Origin: Terriglobia bacterium
GTDB taxonomy: Bacteria > Acidobacteriota > Terriglobia > 20CM-2-55-15
Direction: 5' to 3'
DNA length: 64,000 bases
Assembly: GCA_965198265.1 (NCBI GenBank)
Contig: CBDAPB010000036.1
Span: 291,435 to 355,434, forward strand
Of this stretch, positions 10,767 to 19,815 are shown in pieces; the stretch's first letter is position 1; each line of letters opens with the position of its first letter. The notes under the pieces were generated by a model, which did not search any database, was not told where the DNA came from, and saw only the letters and a list, made by a program, of their open reading frames with translations. Both the position numbers and the translations under genes were made by a program.

Positions 10767-11891
10767 CTATCCGACTACGCTGACGCCGAGCAACGTCCCG
10801 ATGCCGTAGGTAGCGCTCGCCGCAAGCGCCCCTATCCCGAGCATCCGAGCCCCGCTGAAGAGGGCGTTCCTTCCCGTGAAGATCGAAATCAGGACACCGG
10901 CACCGAACAGGGCGGTCGCAGCGAAGGAAGCGGACGCCAGAAAGGCGTAGTTACCGCCGAGAAACAGGTAGGGACCGACCGGGACGAACGCACCGAGCGC
11001 GAACGCGACGAACGAACTGGCCGCCGCCCCCCTCGGTGATCCCAGCGAAGTGGGATCCAGGCCGAGTTCTTCCCGGGCGAGCGTCTGGATGGCCAGTGCC
11101 GGGTCCGAAATGATGTGTTGTGCCAGGGCGTCCGCTTGATCGGCCGGGATACCCTTCGCCTGGTAGATAAGTGCCAGTTCCTCGCGCTCTTCGGCGGGGG
11201 ACATCTCCAGTTCCTGCGCTTCGAGCGCGATCTGCTGTTCGTAGAGTTCTCTCTGAGACTTGACCGACACGTATTCACCCGCCGCCATAGAGAACGCCCC
11301 GGCCAACAGACCGGCCACTCCGGCGAGCAGGATGATATCAGTGTCGACGTTGGCGCCGGCAATGCCCATTACCAGGCTGAAGTTGGAAACCAGACCGTCG
11401 TTCATCCCGAAGACGGCGGCGCGGAGGCTCCCCCCGTAGCTGGTCCGGTGCCAGCGCTCCGCTCCCAGGATCGCGTCGGCTCCCGCCCCGGTTCCGGCCG
11501 GGTCGTGCATTGCCTGGATGGTACGACGGTGACTGCGCTCCTCTGCCGGAAGCCTGCCTGCATCGGCCTGCCCGGCGTACTCATCTTCGACGCCCGCTTC
11601 AATGCCGCTGATGACAGGTAACACGTAGGACGTTCCGAAACGCCTCGCGAGGAGAGCCAGCAGGCCTACACGCCAACTGGGCTTGAATCGCGGAACCGAC
11701 TCCCCCGCGGACTCCATGAGGTGTTCCCAGCGCCGGCAGTGGCGTTCCTCCGCATTCGCGAGCTTCTTGAAGAGTTCCGCGCGCTCGGAGTTGGCTTCGG
11801 CCTCGGCCAGAGCGAGGTAGAGCGCGACCCCTTCCTTTTCGCGGAGGTAGTTCTGCTGGTACCGCTTGATGTCTTCTGCGTCTGGTTTCAC
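10767..11891 (-). CDS. Membrane-bound ferritin-like / VIT1 (CCC1) family iron transporter (MbfA-like)
   Basis: 374 aa. The N-terminal rubrerythrin/ferritin-like helices (EGVALYLALAEAE..EERH) are fused to a C-terminal VIT1 membrane domain (SLRAAVFGMNDGLVSNFSLVMG..). Confidence 0.75.
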   Translation of the reverse strand: MKPDAEDIKRYQQNYLREKEGVALYLALAEAEANSERAELFKKLANAEERHCRRWEHLMESAGESVPRFKPSWRVGLLALLARRFGTSYVLPVISGIEAGVEDEYAGQADAGRLPAEERSHRRTIQAMHDPAGTGAGADAILGAERWHRTSYGGSLRAAVFGMNDGLVSNFSLVMGIAGANVDTDIILLAGVAGLLAGAFSMAAGEYVSVKSQRELYEQQIALEAQELEMSPAEEREELALIYQAKGIPADQADALAQHIISDPALAIQTLAREELGLDPTSLGSPRGAAASSFVAFALGAFVPVGPYLFLGGNYAFLASASFAATALFGAGVLISIFTGRNALFSGARMLGIGALAASATYGIGTLLGVSVVG

Positions 11892-12031
11892 CGGTCCAGA
11901 ATACTATAGAGATCATCGCCGAGAGGTCCCCGCCGTGGGTTGGTGAAGCCTGCTTGAATTGGCCCACCCCTTTTGCTAGCGTTAGCGTTTTGGTCTTTGC
12001 GCCGAATTTGTTCTGTTTAAGCTGCGAAGAG

Positions 12032-12565
12032 ATGATTCACGAGTTCAAAGGCATGCATCCCAGAATCGGAGCAGGGGTGTTCCTCGCCCCCGGGTCTCAC
12101 GTTATCGGTGACGTCGAGATCGGCGACGACTCCAGCATCTGGTTCAACACCGTGGTGCGCGGCGACATCGACTCCATCCGTATCGGGCATCACACCAACA
12201 TCCAGGATGGGTGCGTCTGCCACGTTATGAAGGATGAATGCCCGCTGGTCCTGGGTGACTACGTCACCGTTGGACATGCGGCGACGTTGCACGGCTGTGT
12301 GGTCGAATCTCACTGCCTGATCGGCATGCACTCGACGATCCTGAACGACGTGCGAGTGGGCGGGGGCTCGATCGTGGCGGCGGGCGCCCTCTTGACCGAA
12401 AACCTCATCGTGCCACCGCGGAGCCTGGTGATGGGTATGCCAGCCAAGGTCAAACGGGAATTGACGGATGAAGAAGTCGCCGACATCGACGAATACGCTA
12501 GGCGCTACGTGGAGTACAAGGAAAGTTACTTGGGAAGCGGTCGCTCACTGACTACTGACTACTGA
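12032..12565 (+). CDS. Gamma-class carbonic anhydrase family / hexapeptide-repeat protein (YrdA/PaaY-like)
   Basis: The ORF track starts at TTG 11954. The family normally starts at MI..F.G..P.I, which matches ATG 12032 (MIHEFKGMHPRIGAGVFLAPGSHVIGDVEIGDDSSIWFNTVVRGD). The left-handed beta-helix hexapeptide pattern is present. Confidence 0.85.
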   Translation: MIHEFKGMHPRIGAGVFLAPGSHVIGDVEIGDDSSIWFNTVVRGDIDSIRIGHHTNIQDGCVCHVMKDECPLVLGDYVTVGHAATLHGCVVESHCLIGMHSTILNDVRVGGGSIVAAGALLTENLIVPPRSLVMGMPAKVKRELTDEEVADIDEYARRYVEYKESYLGSGRSLTTDY

Positions 12566-12589
12566 CTACTGACTACTGGCTACTGATGA
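12547..12589. repeat. Tandem heptamer array (CTGACTA)x4 plus two degenerate units
   Basis: CA CTGACTA CTGACTA CTGACTA CTGACTA CTGGCTA CTGATGA. It contains the TGA stop of the upstream gene (12563-12565) and ends in the hisS ATG (12586). Confidence 0.9.
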
Positions 12590-13845
12590 TCAAATCCGTT
12601 CGTGGAACATACGACGTTCTTCCCGCCGACGTCCGGCTCTGGCATGCCATCGAGACGGAGATGAGAGCTGTCTTCGAGTCCTACGCTTTCGGCGAGATTC
12701 GAACCCCGATTTTCGAAGCCACGGAGTTGTTCGTCCGCGGTGTGGGCCAGGAAACCGACATCGTCGCCAAGGAGATGTACACGTTCACGGACAAGAGCGA
12801 AAAGGGATCCTTGACGCTGCGACCGGAAGGAACGGCTCCCGTCGTCCGTTCCTACATCGAGCACCACATGGCCGATGAGTCTCGGATGGTCAAGCTGTAC
12901 TACATCGGGCCGATGTTCCGGTACGAACGTCCTCAGCGGGGACGCTTCCGTCAGTTGCACCAGGCCGGCGTCGAAGTCCTCTCCTCCGACGACAACCCCG
13001 CGATCGAGGCCGAGGTTGTCGAGATGCTCATGCTGTTGTTCGAACGGCTGGATGTCACAGACCTGGAGACGGTGGTCAACTCGATTGGCTGTCGGGAATG
13101 CAGACCCCCTTTCATTGAGAAACTCACGGGCGCGATACATGATCGGGCCTCCGACTTTTGCGGTGATTGTAATCGCCGCGCCGAGAGCAATCCGCTGCGG
13201 GTTTTCGACTGCAAAGTCCCCTCATGCCAGCCATTGCTGGCGGGATTGCCTGCGATCACCAACAATCTGTGCGATGCGTGCCGCGAGCACTTCGAGAAGT
13301 TTCGGGCGTTTCTGGACGAACGGGGGATCGCCTACCGCATCGACCCAAGGCTTGTCCGTGGTCTGGACTATTACATGAGGACGACCTTCGAAATCTTATC
13401 CGGGAGTCTCGGAGCACAGGACGCGTTAGTCGGCGGAGGACGTTACGACGGCCTCATCGAAGCCCTCGACGGCCCGCCCACGAAGGGTTTCGGCTTTGCC
13501 ATGGGCCTGGAACGGCTGCTGCTGTCGATCCCGGACCCAGACGGGTTGGCGTCGTACCAGGGACCGGAGTACTTCATCGCGACGCTGGGCGACGAAGCGT
13601 TTCATTATGCCACGCTCCTGGCCCGGAAACTGCGATCGCAAGGCAGCCGGGTCTACCTAGATTTCGATGGCCGCAGCCTGAAGAGCCAGATGCGGTTGGC
13701 CGGCAAGCTCGAGGCCGGCCAGGTTGTGATCATCGGCCCCGAAGAGTTGAAGTCGGGGAAGCTCGTGGTGCGGGACATGGGAACCAGTGAGCAACAAGAA
13801 ATGTCGGAACCGGAGCTACTCGAACTCGAAAGGCGGGGCCGCTAG
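12586..13845 (+). CDS. hisS: Histidine--tRNA ligase
   Basis: 419 aa. It shows class II aaRS motifs (..[16 protein letters not shown].., GGGRYDGL) and a C-terminal anticodon-binding domain. Confidence 0.95.
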   Translation: MIKSVRGTYDVLPADVRLWHAIETEMRAVFESYAFGEIRTPIFEATELFVRGVGQETDIVAKEMYTFTDKSEKGSLTLRPEGTAPVVRSYIEHHMADESRMVKLYYIGPMFRYERPQRGRFRQLHQAGVEVLSSDDNPAIEAEVVEMLMLLFERLDVTDLETVVNSIGCRECRPPFIEKLTGAIHDRASDFCGDCNRRAESNPLRVFDCKVPSCQPLLAGLPAITNNLCDACREHFEKFRAFLDERGIAYRIDPRLVRGLDYYMRTTFEILSGSLGAQDALVGGGRYDGLIEALDGPPTKGFGFAMGLERLLLSIPDPDGLASYQGPEYFIATLGDEAFHYATLLARKLRSQGSRVYLDFDGRSLKSQMRLAGKLEAGQVVIIGPEELKSGKLVVRDMGTSEQQEMSEPELLELERRGR

Positions 13846-13855
13846 GTCTCCCCGT

Positions 13856-15619
13856 ATGTCAGAGAAGCGAAAAACTCACAGCTGCGCTGCCTTGACGGCC
13901 CACGACGAAGGAGCCGAAGTCGTCTTGATGGGGTGGGTGCACCGTCGCCGGGACCACGGAGGGTTGGTATTCATCGACCTTCGGGATCGCGAAGGTGTGA
14001 CCCAGGTCGTCTTTAATCCCGAGCGCCATGCCGAGTCTCACTTGCAGGCGAAGGATCTGCGTTCCGAGTTCGTGGTCGCGGTTTCCGGAACAGTCACAAA
14101 GCGGGCTCCCGAGCTGGTTAACACCAACCTCAAGACGGGTGAGATCGAGGTGATGGCAGCCGGACTGGAAATACTGAGCGAAGCCAGGACCACGCCATTT
14201 CCGATCGAAGACGATATCACGACCGCGGAAGACTTGAGGCTGAAGTACCGCTACCTGGACTTGCGCCGGCCGAAGATGCAGGCGAACTTCCACCTTCGGC
14301 ACCGTGTCATGATGGCCGTCCGAAGCTATATGGACGGAAAGGGGTTCTGGGAAATCGAGACGCCGTTCCTGACGAAGTCGACGCCCGAAGGTGCAAGAGA
14401 TTACCTGGTTCCCAGTCGTCTCTACCATGGCAACTTCTACGCCTTGCCGCAGTCCCCGCAGATCTTCAAGCAGATCCTGATGGTGTCCGGCTTCGAGAAA
14501 TACTTCCAGATCGTGCGCTGCTTCCGTGACGAGGATCTGCGCGCCGATCGGCAGCCTGAATTCACGCAGATCGACATCGAGGTCTCGTTCCCGGACGAGG
14601 ATGGGTTCTTCTCTTCGATCGAAGGCTTGATGTCTGACGTCTTCTCGGTCCAGGACATCGAGGTTCAAGTCCCGTTTCCCCGGATCAGTTACGTCGAAGC
14701 GATGGATCGGTACGGCAGCGACAAGCCGGATACGCGCTTCGGATTGGAGTTGGCCGACTTCAGCGAAGTGTTTCGCGCCGCTGAGCCGTCGTTGTTTCGT
14801 GAGATCGTCGAGTCCGGCAACACCGTGCGCGGGCTTGTGGCGCCGGTTTCCTACTCTCGCAAGATCTCGGATGAAATCGACGAGTTCGTCAAGCAGCTCG
14901 GCGGGGCCGGTGTCGCCTGGGTAAAGGTGTCCAACGAGGGCTGGACGGGAACTCCGCCGGTCAAGAAAGCGGGCACGCAGGCGATCGATGCGCTCATCAG
15001 CCGGGCCGGAGCGAAACCCGGCGAGACGATCTTCATGATTGCCGGGGATCGGGTGGAGGCGCTGAATCTGCTGGGGGCGCTTCGGCTCGAGGTCGCCCGT
15101 CGGGAGGATTTGATCCCAAAGGACAAGTGGCACTTCCTGTGGGTTGTGGACTTCCCCCTCTTGGAGTTCGACGACGGCGCCGACCGCTGGGTCTCGCTCC
15201 ACCATCCGTTCACGTCGCCCGTTCCCGAAGACCTGTCGATTCTGGAAAGCGATCCGGGCAAGGTCCGGGCCCGCGCTTACGACCTGGTCGTGAACGGCTT
15301 GGAGTGCGGAGGAGGCTCCGTCAGAATCCACCGTAGCGACGTCCAGAGCCGAATCTTCCGTTTGTTGGGGATGGATGAGGAAGAGGCGCGGGAGAGATTT
15401 GGATTCTTCCTGGAGGCTCTGGAGTACGGGACTCCGCCGCACGGGGGCATCGCGTTGGGCCTGGACCGCATTATCATGCTCCTGGCCGGCGGAGGGTCCC
15501 TCCGGGACGTGATCGCCTTTCCCAAGACCGCTCGCGCCGTCGATCTGATGAGCGGCTCGCCCTCTCCCGTCGTCGACGATCAACTGCGGGAGCTGGGTAT
15601 CCGTTTACGCAAGCGCTAG
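13856..15619 (+). CDS. aspS: Aspartate--tRNA ligase
   Basis: The ORF track starts at 13787, which overlaps hisS. ATG 13856 lies 10 nt after the hisS stop. The protein has an OB-fold N-terminus, [18 protein letters not shown] (motif 2), GGGSVRIH and [12 protein letters not shown] (motif 3). Confidence 0.95.
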   Translation: MSEKRKTHSCAALTAHDEGAEVVLMGWVHRRRDHGGLVFIDLRDREGVTQVVFNPERHAESHLQAKDLRSEFVVAVSGTVTKRAPELVNTNLKTGEIEVMAAGLEILSEARTTPFPIEDDITTAEDLRLKYRYLDLRRPKMQANFHLRHRVMMAVRSYMDGKGFWEIETPFLTKSTPEGARDYLVPSRLYHGNFYALPQSPQIFKQILMVSGFEKYFQIVRCFRDEDLRADRQPEFTQIDIEVSFPDEDGFFSSIEGLMSDVFSVQDIEVQVPFPRISYVEAMDRYGSDKPDTRFGLELADFSEVFRAAEPSLFREIVESGNTVRGLVAPVSYSRKISDEIDEFVKQLGGAGVAWVKVSNEGWTGTPPVKKAGTQAIDALISRAGAKPGETIFMIAGDRVEALNLLGALRLEVARREDLIPKDKWHFLWVVDFPLLEFDDGADRWVSLHHPFTSPVPEDLSILESDPGKVRARAYDLVVNGLECGGGSVRIHRSDVQSRIFRLLGMDEEEARERFGFFLEALEYGTPPHGGIALGLDRIIMLLAGGGSLRDVIAFPKTARAVDLMSGSPSPVVDDQLRELGIRLRKR

Positions 15620-15620
15620 C

Positions 15621-15689
15621 GTGTAGGTGCGGTCTATGACCGCACATTGTACGGGCTGCGGGTTGTGCGCTCATAGAGCGCACCTACAC
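15621..15689. repeat. REPIN (inverted REP doublet), family A copy 1
   Basis: GTGTAGGTGCGGTCTATGACCGCAC - 21 nt - GTGCGCTCATAGAGCGCACCTACAC. Each arm is a GTAG head plus an 8-bp hairpin. It starts 2 nt after the aspS stop. Confidence 0.85.
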
Positions 15690-15778
15690 CTTTTCCAGGC
15701 CTCCCGTGCCTCAGGAGGGTCCGCGGTTGGGCCGCCTGCGTGGCAAACTCAGGCATGCCCGTTGCTTATTCGCGTGAT

Positions 15779-17602
15779 ATGTCCAGGATCCACGTACTGC
15801 CCGATGACGTTCGGAACCAGATTGCCGCCGGCGAGGTGGTCGAGCGTCCGGCGTCGATCGTCAAGGAACTGATCGAGAACGCGATCGATGCCCGGTCGAC
15901 CAGGATCTCTGTAGAAGTGCGCGGGGGTGGTCGCCAGCTTATCCGGGTCACCGACGATGGGGACGGGATTGCTGCCGAGGACGCAGAGCTCTGCTTCCGC
16001 CGACACGCAACCAGTAAGCTCCAGACCGCGGATGACCTCTCCGCGATCCAGACGCTCGGATTCCGCGGCGAAGCCTTACCCTCCATCGGGTCCGTTTCCC
16101 GGGTCCTGTTGGAGACCCAGACGCGTGGAGCATCGATCGGCACTTCTCTCGAGGTTGCTGCCGGAGAAGTCATCTCCCGGCAGGAAGGAGCCTTCCCCGC
16201 GGGAACGCAGATCACCGTCGAGGACGTGTTCTACAACGTCCCGGCCCGGCGTAAGTTTCTGAAGTCCGAATCATCCGAGCTCAGCCAGATCACCACGCAT
16301 TCAACCCACTGCGCCCTGGCGTTTCCCGAGATTCATTTCACGCTCAAGAGCGGGAACTTCGAAGTGCTCCGAGCTCCACCTGCCGCAGACGCCAGGGAAC
16401 GAATCTTCCAGGTTTTCGGCGGAGACCTGCTCGACGAGCTGGTCGAACATCAACAGGACTTCGGGTCCTCGGGAGTGAAGGTCCATGTGTTTACATCGAG
16501 GCCCCACGTCCAGAAGTACAACCGCAACTCGATGTTCTTCTTCGTCAATGGACGCGCTGTTCGTGACCGGATCATCCTGCACGCCTACAGCGACGCCTAC
16601 CGGAGCATCCTGCCGTCGGGGACCTTCCCGGTGACGATATTGTTCGTCGAGGCACGTGCCGCCGACATCGACGTGAACGTCCACCCGGCAAAGACAGAAG
16701 TGCGGTTCCGCCACGGACCGCTCGTCCACGATGCGATTCGCGACACCGTGCTGGAGGGGCTGAAATCGGACAAGACGATTATTTCCATGGGCTCGGAAGA
16801 CCCTCCTTGGTCGCCGCACAAGGCGCCCGCCTTCCAGAGTCGAGTCCCCGAGTCCTGGAAGGATGGACCGCTGGCCACCGAACCGCTCAAGGATTTGCCG
16901 GCGAGGCTGACGTTTTCGGATTCCCGTGCGCTGGATCTGAATTTCGAGCAAGCGCAGACGATTGTGGGATCGGGCGCCCCCGGCTCGACGATGGACTCGG
17001 CGCTTCCGGATTTCGAACTGGTCCAAAAGGAGATCCGGCCCCTGGGTCAGCTCCAGGACAGTTTCATTGTCGCGGTGGACTCGTCCGGTCTCGTTGTCAT
17101 CGACCAGCACGTGGCTCACGAACGTGTCTTGTTTGAGACGTACGTGAGGGAGCGGATGGAAGGCAAGATCGATGTCCAACAGTTGCTGATGCCGATTGTG
17201 CTGGAACTCAGTCCCCGCCAGGAAGTCATTTTCGAGAGCATCGCGCCGGAGTTGATGCGCAACGGCTTCGAGGTCGAGCCCTTCGGTCCCCGGACCATCG
17301 CTGTCAAGACGGCACCGGCGATCCTGAAGGCGGGTGGGGTCGAGAAGCTGCTTCGAGAACTCCTGGACGGATTGGAAGCAGAGAGCAGTAAACTGGACAT
17401 CGACACTTTCAGGCAAAAAATCGCGGCAACCGTCTCCTGCCATGCCGCAATCAAGATCAACAATCCGCTGGATAGTGTTAAGATGCGGTGGCTGGTTACG
17501 GAGCTGATGAAAACCGATTGCCCGACGGTCTGCCCGCACGGGCGCCCTATCATCCTGAGGTATGATCTTCGGGAGATCCAGAAAGCCTTCAAGAGATCGT
17601 GA
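15779..17602 (+). CDS. mutL: DNA mismatch repair protein MutL (endonuclease-type)
   Basis: GHKL ATPase N-terminus (IAAGEVVERPASIVKELIENAIDA). The C-terminal DQHVAHERVLFE matches the DQHA..E....E endonuclease motif. The start is taken at ATG 15779 (MSRIHVLPDD); the ORF track starts at GTG 15740. Confidence 0.9.
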   Translation: MSRIHVLPDDVRNQIAAGEVVERPASIVKELIENAIDARSTRISVEVRGGGRQLIRVTDDGDGIAAEDAELCFRRHATSKLQTADDLSAIQTLGFRGEALPSIGSVSRVLLETQTRGASIGTSLEVAAGEVISRQEGAFPAGTQITVEDVFYNVPARRKFLKSESSELSQITTHSTHCALAFPEIHFTLKSGNFEVLRAPPAADARERIFQVFGGDLLDELVEHQQDFGSSGVKVHVFTSRPHVQKYNRNSMFFFVNGRAVRDRIILHAYSDAYRSILPSGTFPVTILFVEARAADIDVNVHPAKTEVRFRHGPLVHDAIRDTVLEGLKSDKTIISMGSEDPPWSPHKAPAFQSRVPESWKDGPLATEPLKDLPARLTFSDSRALDLNFEQAQTIVGSGAPGSTMDSALPDFELVQKEIRPLGQLQDSFIVAVDSSGLVVIDQHVAHERVLFETYVRERMEGKIDVQQLLMPIVLELSPRQEVIFESIAPELMRNGFEVEPFGPRTIAVKTAPAILKAGGVEKLLRELLDGLEAESSKLDIDTFRQKIAATVSCHAAIKINNPLDSVKMRWLVTELMKTDCPTVCPHGRPIILRYDLREIQKAFKRS

Positions 17603-17662
17603 CTCGGGTTGAGGAAGGGCCGCGATATTTCGGTTTGTCGCCGCCGAGTCGGTGGCTTTGGT

Positions 17663-17692
17663 TTAGCAAGCAATCACGATAGTCTCTATATT
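17663..17692 (+). promoter_or_regulatory. Candidate sigma-70 promoter of the HU gene
   Basis: TTAGCA (17663-17668), an 18-nt spacer, then TATATT (17687-17692). AGGAGG follows at 17700-17705 and the ATG at 17713. This rests on pattern match only. Confidence 0.4.
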
Positions 17693-17712
17693 CAAATCTA
17701 GGAGGACGCTGT

Positions 17713-18027
17713 ATGGCAGGCAAGTTGACTCAGACTCAGATCATTGCCGCGCTGGCGGAGAAGGCGAGTGTCAGCAAGAAAGAGGCGAAAGAATTCCTCG
17801 GCACGCTTTCAGACCTGGCGCACAAAGAAGCAAAGAAGAACGGCGAATTTACTCTTCCCGACATCGGCAAGCTGGTGAAGCAGAAAAGAAAGGCCCGAAT
17901 GGGACGCAACCCGGCAACGGGCGAGGCGATCAAGATTCCTGCCAAGACCGTGTTGAAATTCCGGATAGCCAAAGCGGCCAAAGACGCGGTTCTCGGCGCT
18001 GCCGCGACCAAGAAAAAGAAAAAGTAG
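17713..18027 (+). CDS. hup: HU family DNA-binding protein with lysine-rich C-terminal tail
   Basis: 104 aa. The HU/IHF fold signature is present (..GEFTLPDIGKLVKQKRKARMGRNPATGEAIKIPAKTVLKFRIAKAAKD..). The tail is AAATKKKKK. Confidence 0.9.
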   Translation: MAGKLTQTQIIAALAEKASVSKKEAKEFLGTLSDLAHKEAKKNGEFTLPDIGKLVKQKRKARMGRNPATGEAIKIPAKTVLKFRIAKAAKDAVLGAAATKKKKK

Positions 18028-18222
18028 ACCGTTCCTAGGTACATGGACGCGGGAATCTCGACGCTTGCGAGCGGTGACGGCACCCGCGTCCACTTCTTTC
18101 CGAGCCTACCTGAGAGTCGGATGGGACCATCGTCCTATTCCCCAGAGCAGCTGAAGGCTGATCGCTGGCAGCACGCTTGATCCCTACAATCTGAGAGCAA
18201 ATTCTTAAACCTAAGGATCAAA

Positions 18223-18675
18223 TTAGCCCTGAGGTTGCTCTGGAGGAATCAGTCCTCCCATGAACCATCCGATGACGGCGGCGACCGCGCCGATCACCGC
18301 GTTGACGACGAGTCCCCCGGCCCGTATTGCCATGGCCGCTCCGAAACCCACCGGCCCTTCCTGATTCAGAGCCGCCGGATGGTTGAAGTGCGTGTCGCCG
18401 ATCACGTAGGAGAGACCGGTGCCGAAAAAAATCAGAATCTGCGACGCCAGCGCGATGAGAATGCCGACCTGCACGGCCCCCCCGATTCCGTAACCCTTGT
18501 AGCGCCGCGCGACCGCCGGCCACAGGAGCGCGAGATGGACTTGCAACGTGACCATCGAGAAGAACTGCAGACCCGTTTCGTAGGGCGCTCCGGCCTGGCT
18601 CATGATTAGCTTGCCCAGGAAGAAAATCAGCAACAGCAGTGCGGGAACCGTGACGAACTGAATTTTCTCTTTCAT
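18223..18675 (-). CDS. Hypothetical integral membrane protein (about 4 TM)
   Basis: 150 aa with hydrophobic helices. GGAGGAA lies upstream of ATG 18675. No family was recognised. Confidence 0.6.
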   Translation of the reverse strand: MKEKIQFVTVPALLLLIFFLGKLIMSQAGAPYETGLQFFSMVTLQVHLALLWPAVARRYKGYGIGGAVQVGILIALASQILIFFGTGLSYVIGDTHFNHPAALNQEGPVGFGAAMAIRAGGLVVNAVIGAVAAVIGWFMGGLIPPEQPQG

Positions 18676-18840
18676 GTGCGTTCCTCCTGGCGTGGATTGT
18701 ATGCCAGCACCCAGCCGGCAGGGAACCGTGAAAGACGTGTTGCGGGATTCGATGTCGGGTGAGGAAGGAATGGTCGCCTCGGCGACCTGTGTGTTGATGG
18801 AGGGTAGCGCGAAAAAAGAAGGTCCTTACGGCAACATTAG

Positions 18841-19030
18841 TGGGTCTGATTGCAAATCGCGACATTTGAACAATCCACATCGCAGGTTGTAGATTGGAAA
18901 TTGCTTCATTTCAAATCTTCGGCTGCGAGCTTCCCGAGGGTCGCAGGCACCTATGCGACGCGTGGACCTCGGTTTATGACAACTCCAGCAATTTCCACCG
19001 TCCAATTTCTAATACGGATTCGTCCAATAG
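18841..19030. repeat. Repeat family B, full-length copy (about 190 bp, MITE-like)
   Basis: TGGGTCTGATTGCAAATCGCGACATTTGAACAATCCACATCGCAGGTTGTAGATTGGAAATTGCTTCATTTCAAATCTTCGGC ... AATACGGATTCGTCCAATAG aligns with the reverse complement of 54562-54699 at both ends. The central segment is variable. Confidence 0.75.
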
Positions 19031-19095
19031 CCAAATCTTCAATGACTTTAGGTAGGAGGGGGGTCTCCGGGCTCACTCAAAACCCGAATTCCCAA

Positions 19096-19124
19096 TAAAA
19101 AAGACGACCGTCGAGGCCGTCTTC
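19096..19124 (-). terminator. Rho-independent terminator downstream of the excisionase-like gene
   Basis: The minus strand reads GAAGACGGCC TCGA CGGTCGTCTTTTTTATTGGG. The stem is 6+2 bp with one mismatch, followed by T6. Confidence 0.5.
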
Positions 19125-19184
19125 AGCAAACCTGGAGTCGCTGCTATCCGTTACCGTTGTTCCACCAAGTTGGTGGATCCTCGC

Positions 19185-19397
19185 TCAGTTCCTTCGATCT
19201 CCCTTTGCCGACTTCCAATTGTGGAAATCGGATCCCAGGATAAAGAACTTGCGGCCAATTCGCATCGTCGGGATTCCGTCTTCCTCGATGATGCGGCGGA
19301 AGTGTCTGATGGAAAAGCCCGCCAATGACGCCGCTGTCGGAATGTCGAGGAACATCTTGTTCTCGGCGTTGTTTACAGGGGTTGCCTCTTTCAGCAT
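19185..19397 (-). CDS. Excisionase-family / MerR-type helix-turn-helix DNA-binding protein
   Basis: 70 aa. LDIPTAASLAGFSIRHFRRIIEEDGIPTMRIGRKFFI matches the excisionase-family HTH pattern (..A..LG.S..T..R.....G.IP...IG.R..I). AAGGAGG lies 7 nt upstream of the ATG. Confidence 0.7.
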   Translation of the reverse strand: MLKEATPVNNAENKMFLDIPTAASLAGFSIRHFRRIIEEDGIPTMRIGRKFFILGSDFHNWKSAKGDRRN

Positions 19398-19815
19398 CGC
19401 GCCGCCTCCTTTTCTTCCCTTCCCTGAGCAAATCGTCTTCCAGTCCCGGGCCGGGTTTCAGGTTCGTAAGAGTCGTGACGAAAGAGGGGGCCGTGACCGG
19501 CTGGTCGGGGATCGACAGGAGTGATCGGAAGGCCGCGCAGACAACGAAATTGGGGCACGCCCGTGCGAACGTCTCACCTGTACAGAGCTGCAAGTCATTC
19601 AGCCGATTGCCACAGACCATGCCCCGACCTAGTTTCGCGGATTGCGTCACGGAGGGTGCTCGGTTGGCGTTGGTCAGCTTCTGGACACCCGACGCCGAGT
19701 CGTTCGGGCTTCCGCTTAGCAGGAGAGCCGCGTGCGCACCGGAGAACCGGCCGTTGTGGCGCCGCGCGGGCGGGCGAGTCGGTCAATTCGATGACAATAG
19801 CGGTTGGGGGGGGTG

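Noticed and set aside
13843-18027. Genome-wide reassignment of TAG to a sense codon, as an explanation for the two in-frame TAGs.
   Set aside because: TAG is the genuine stop of many well-conserved genes here. Checked examples are hisS (13843-13845), aspS (15617-15619), the HU gene (18025-18027), lon (28176-28178), ccp, the RRM gene and the ABC exporter itself. All have normal C-termini.
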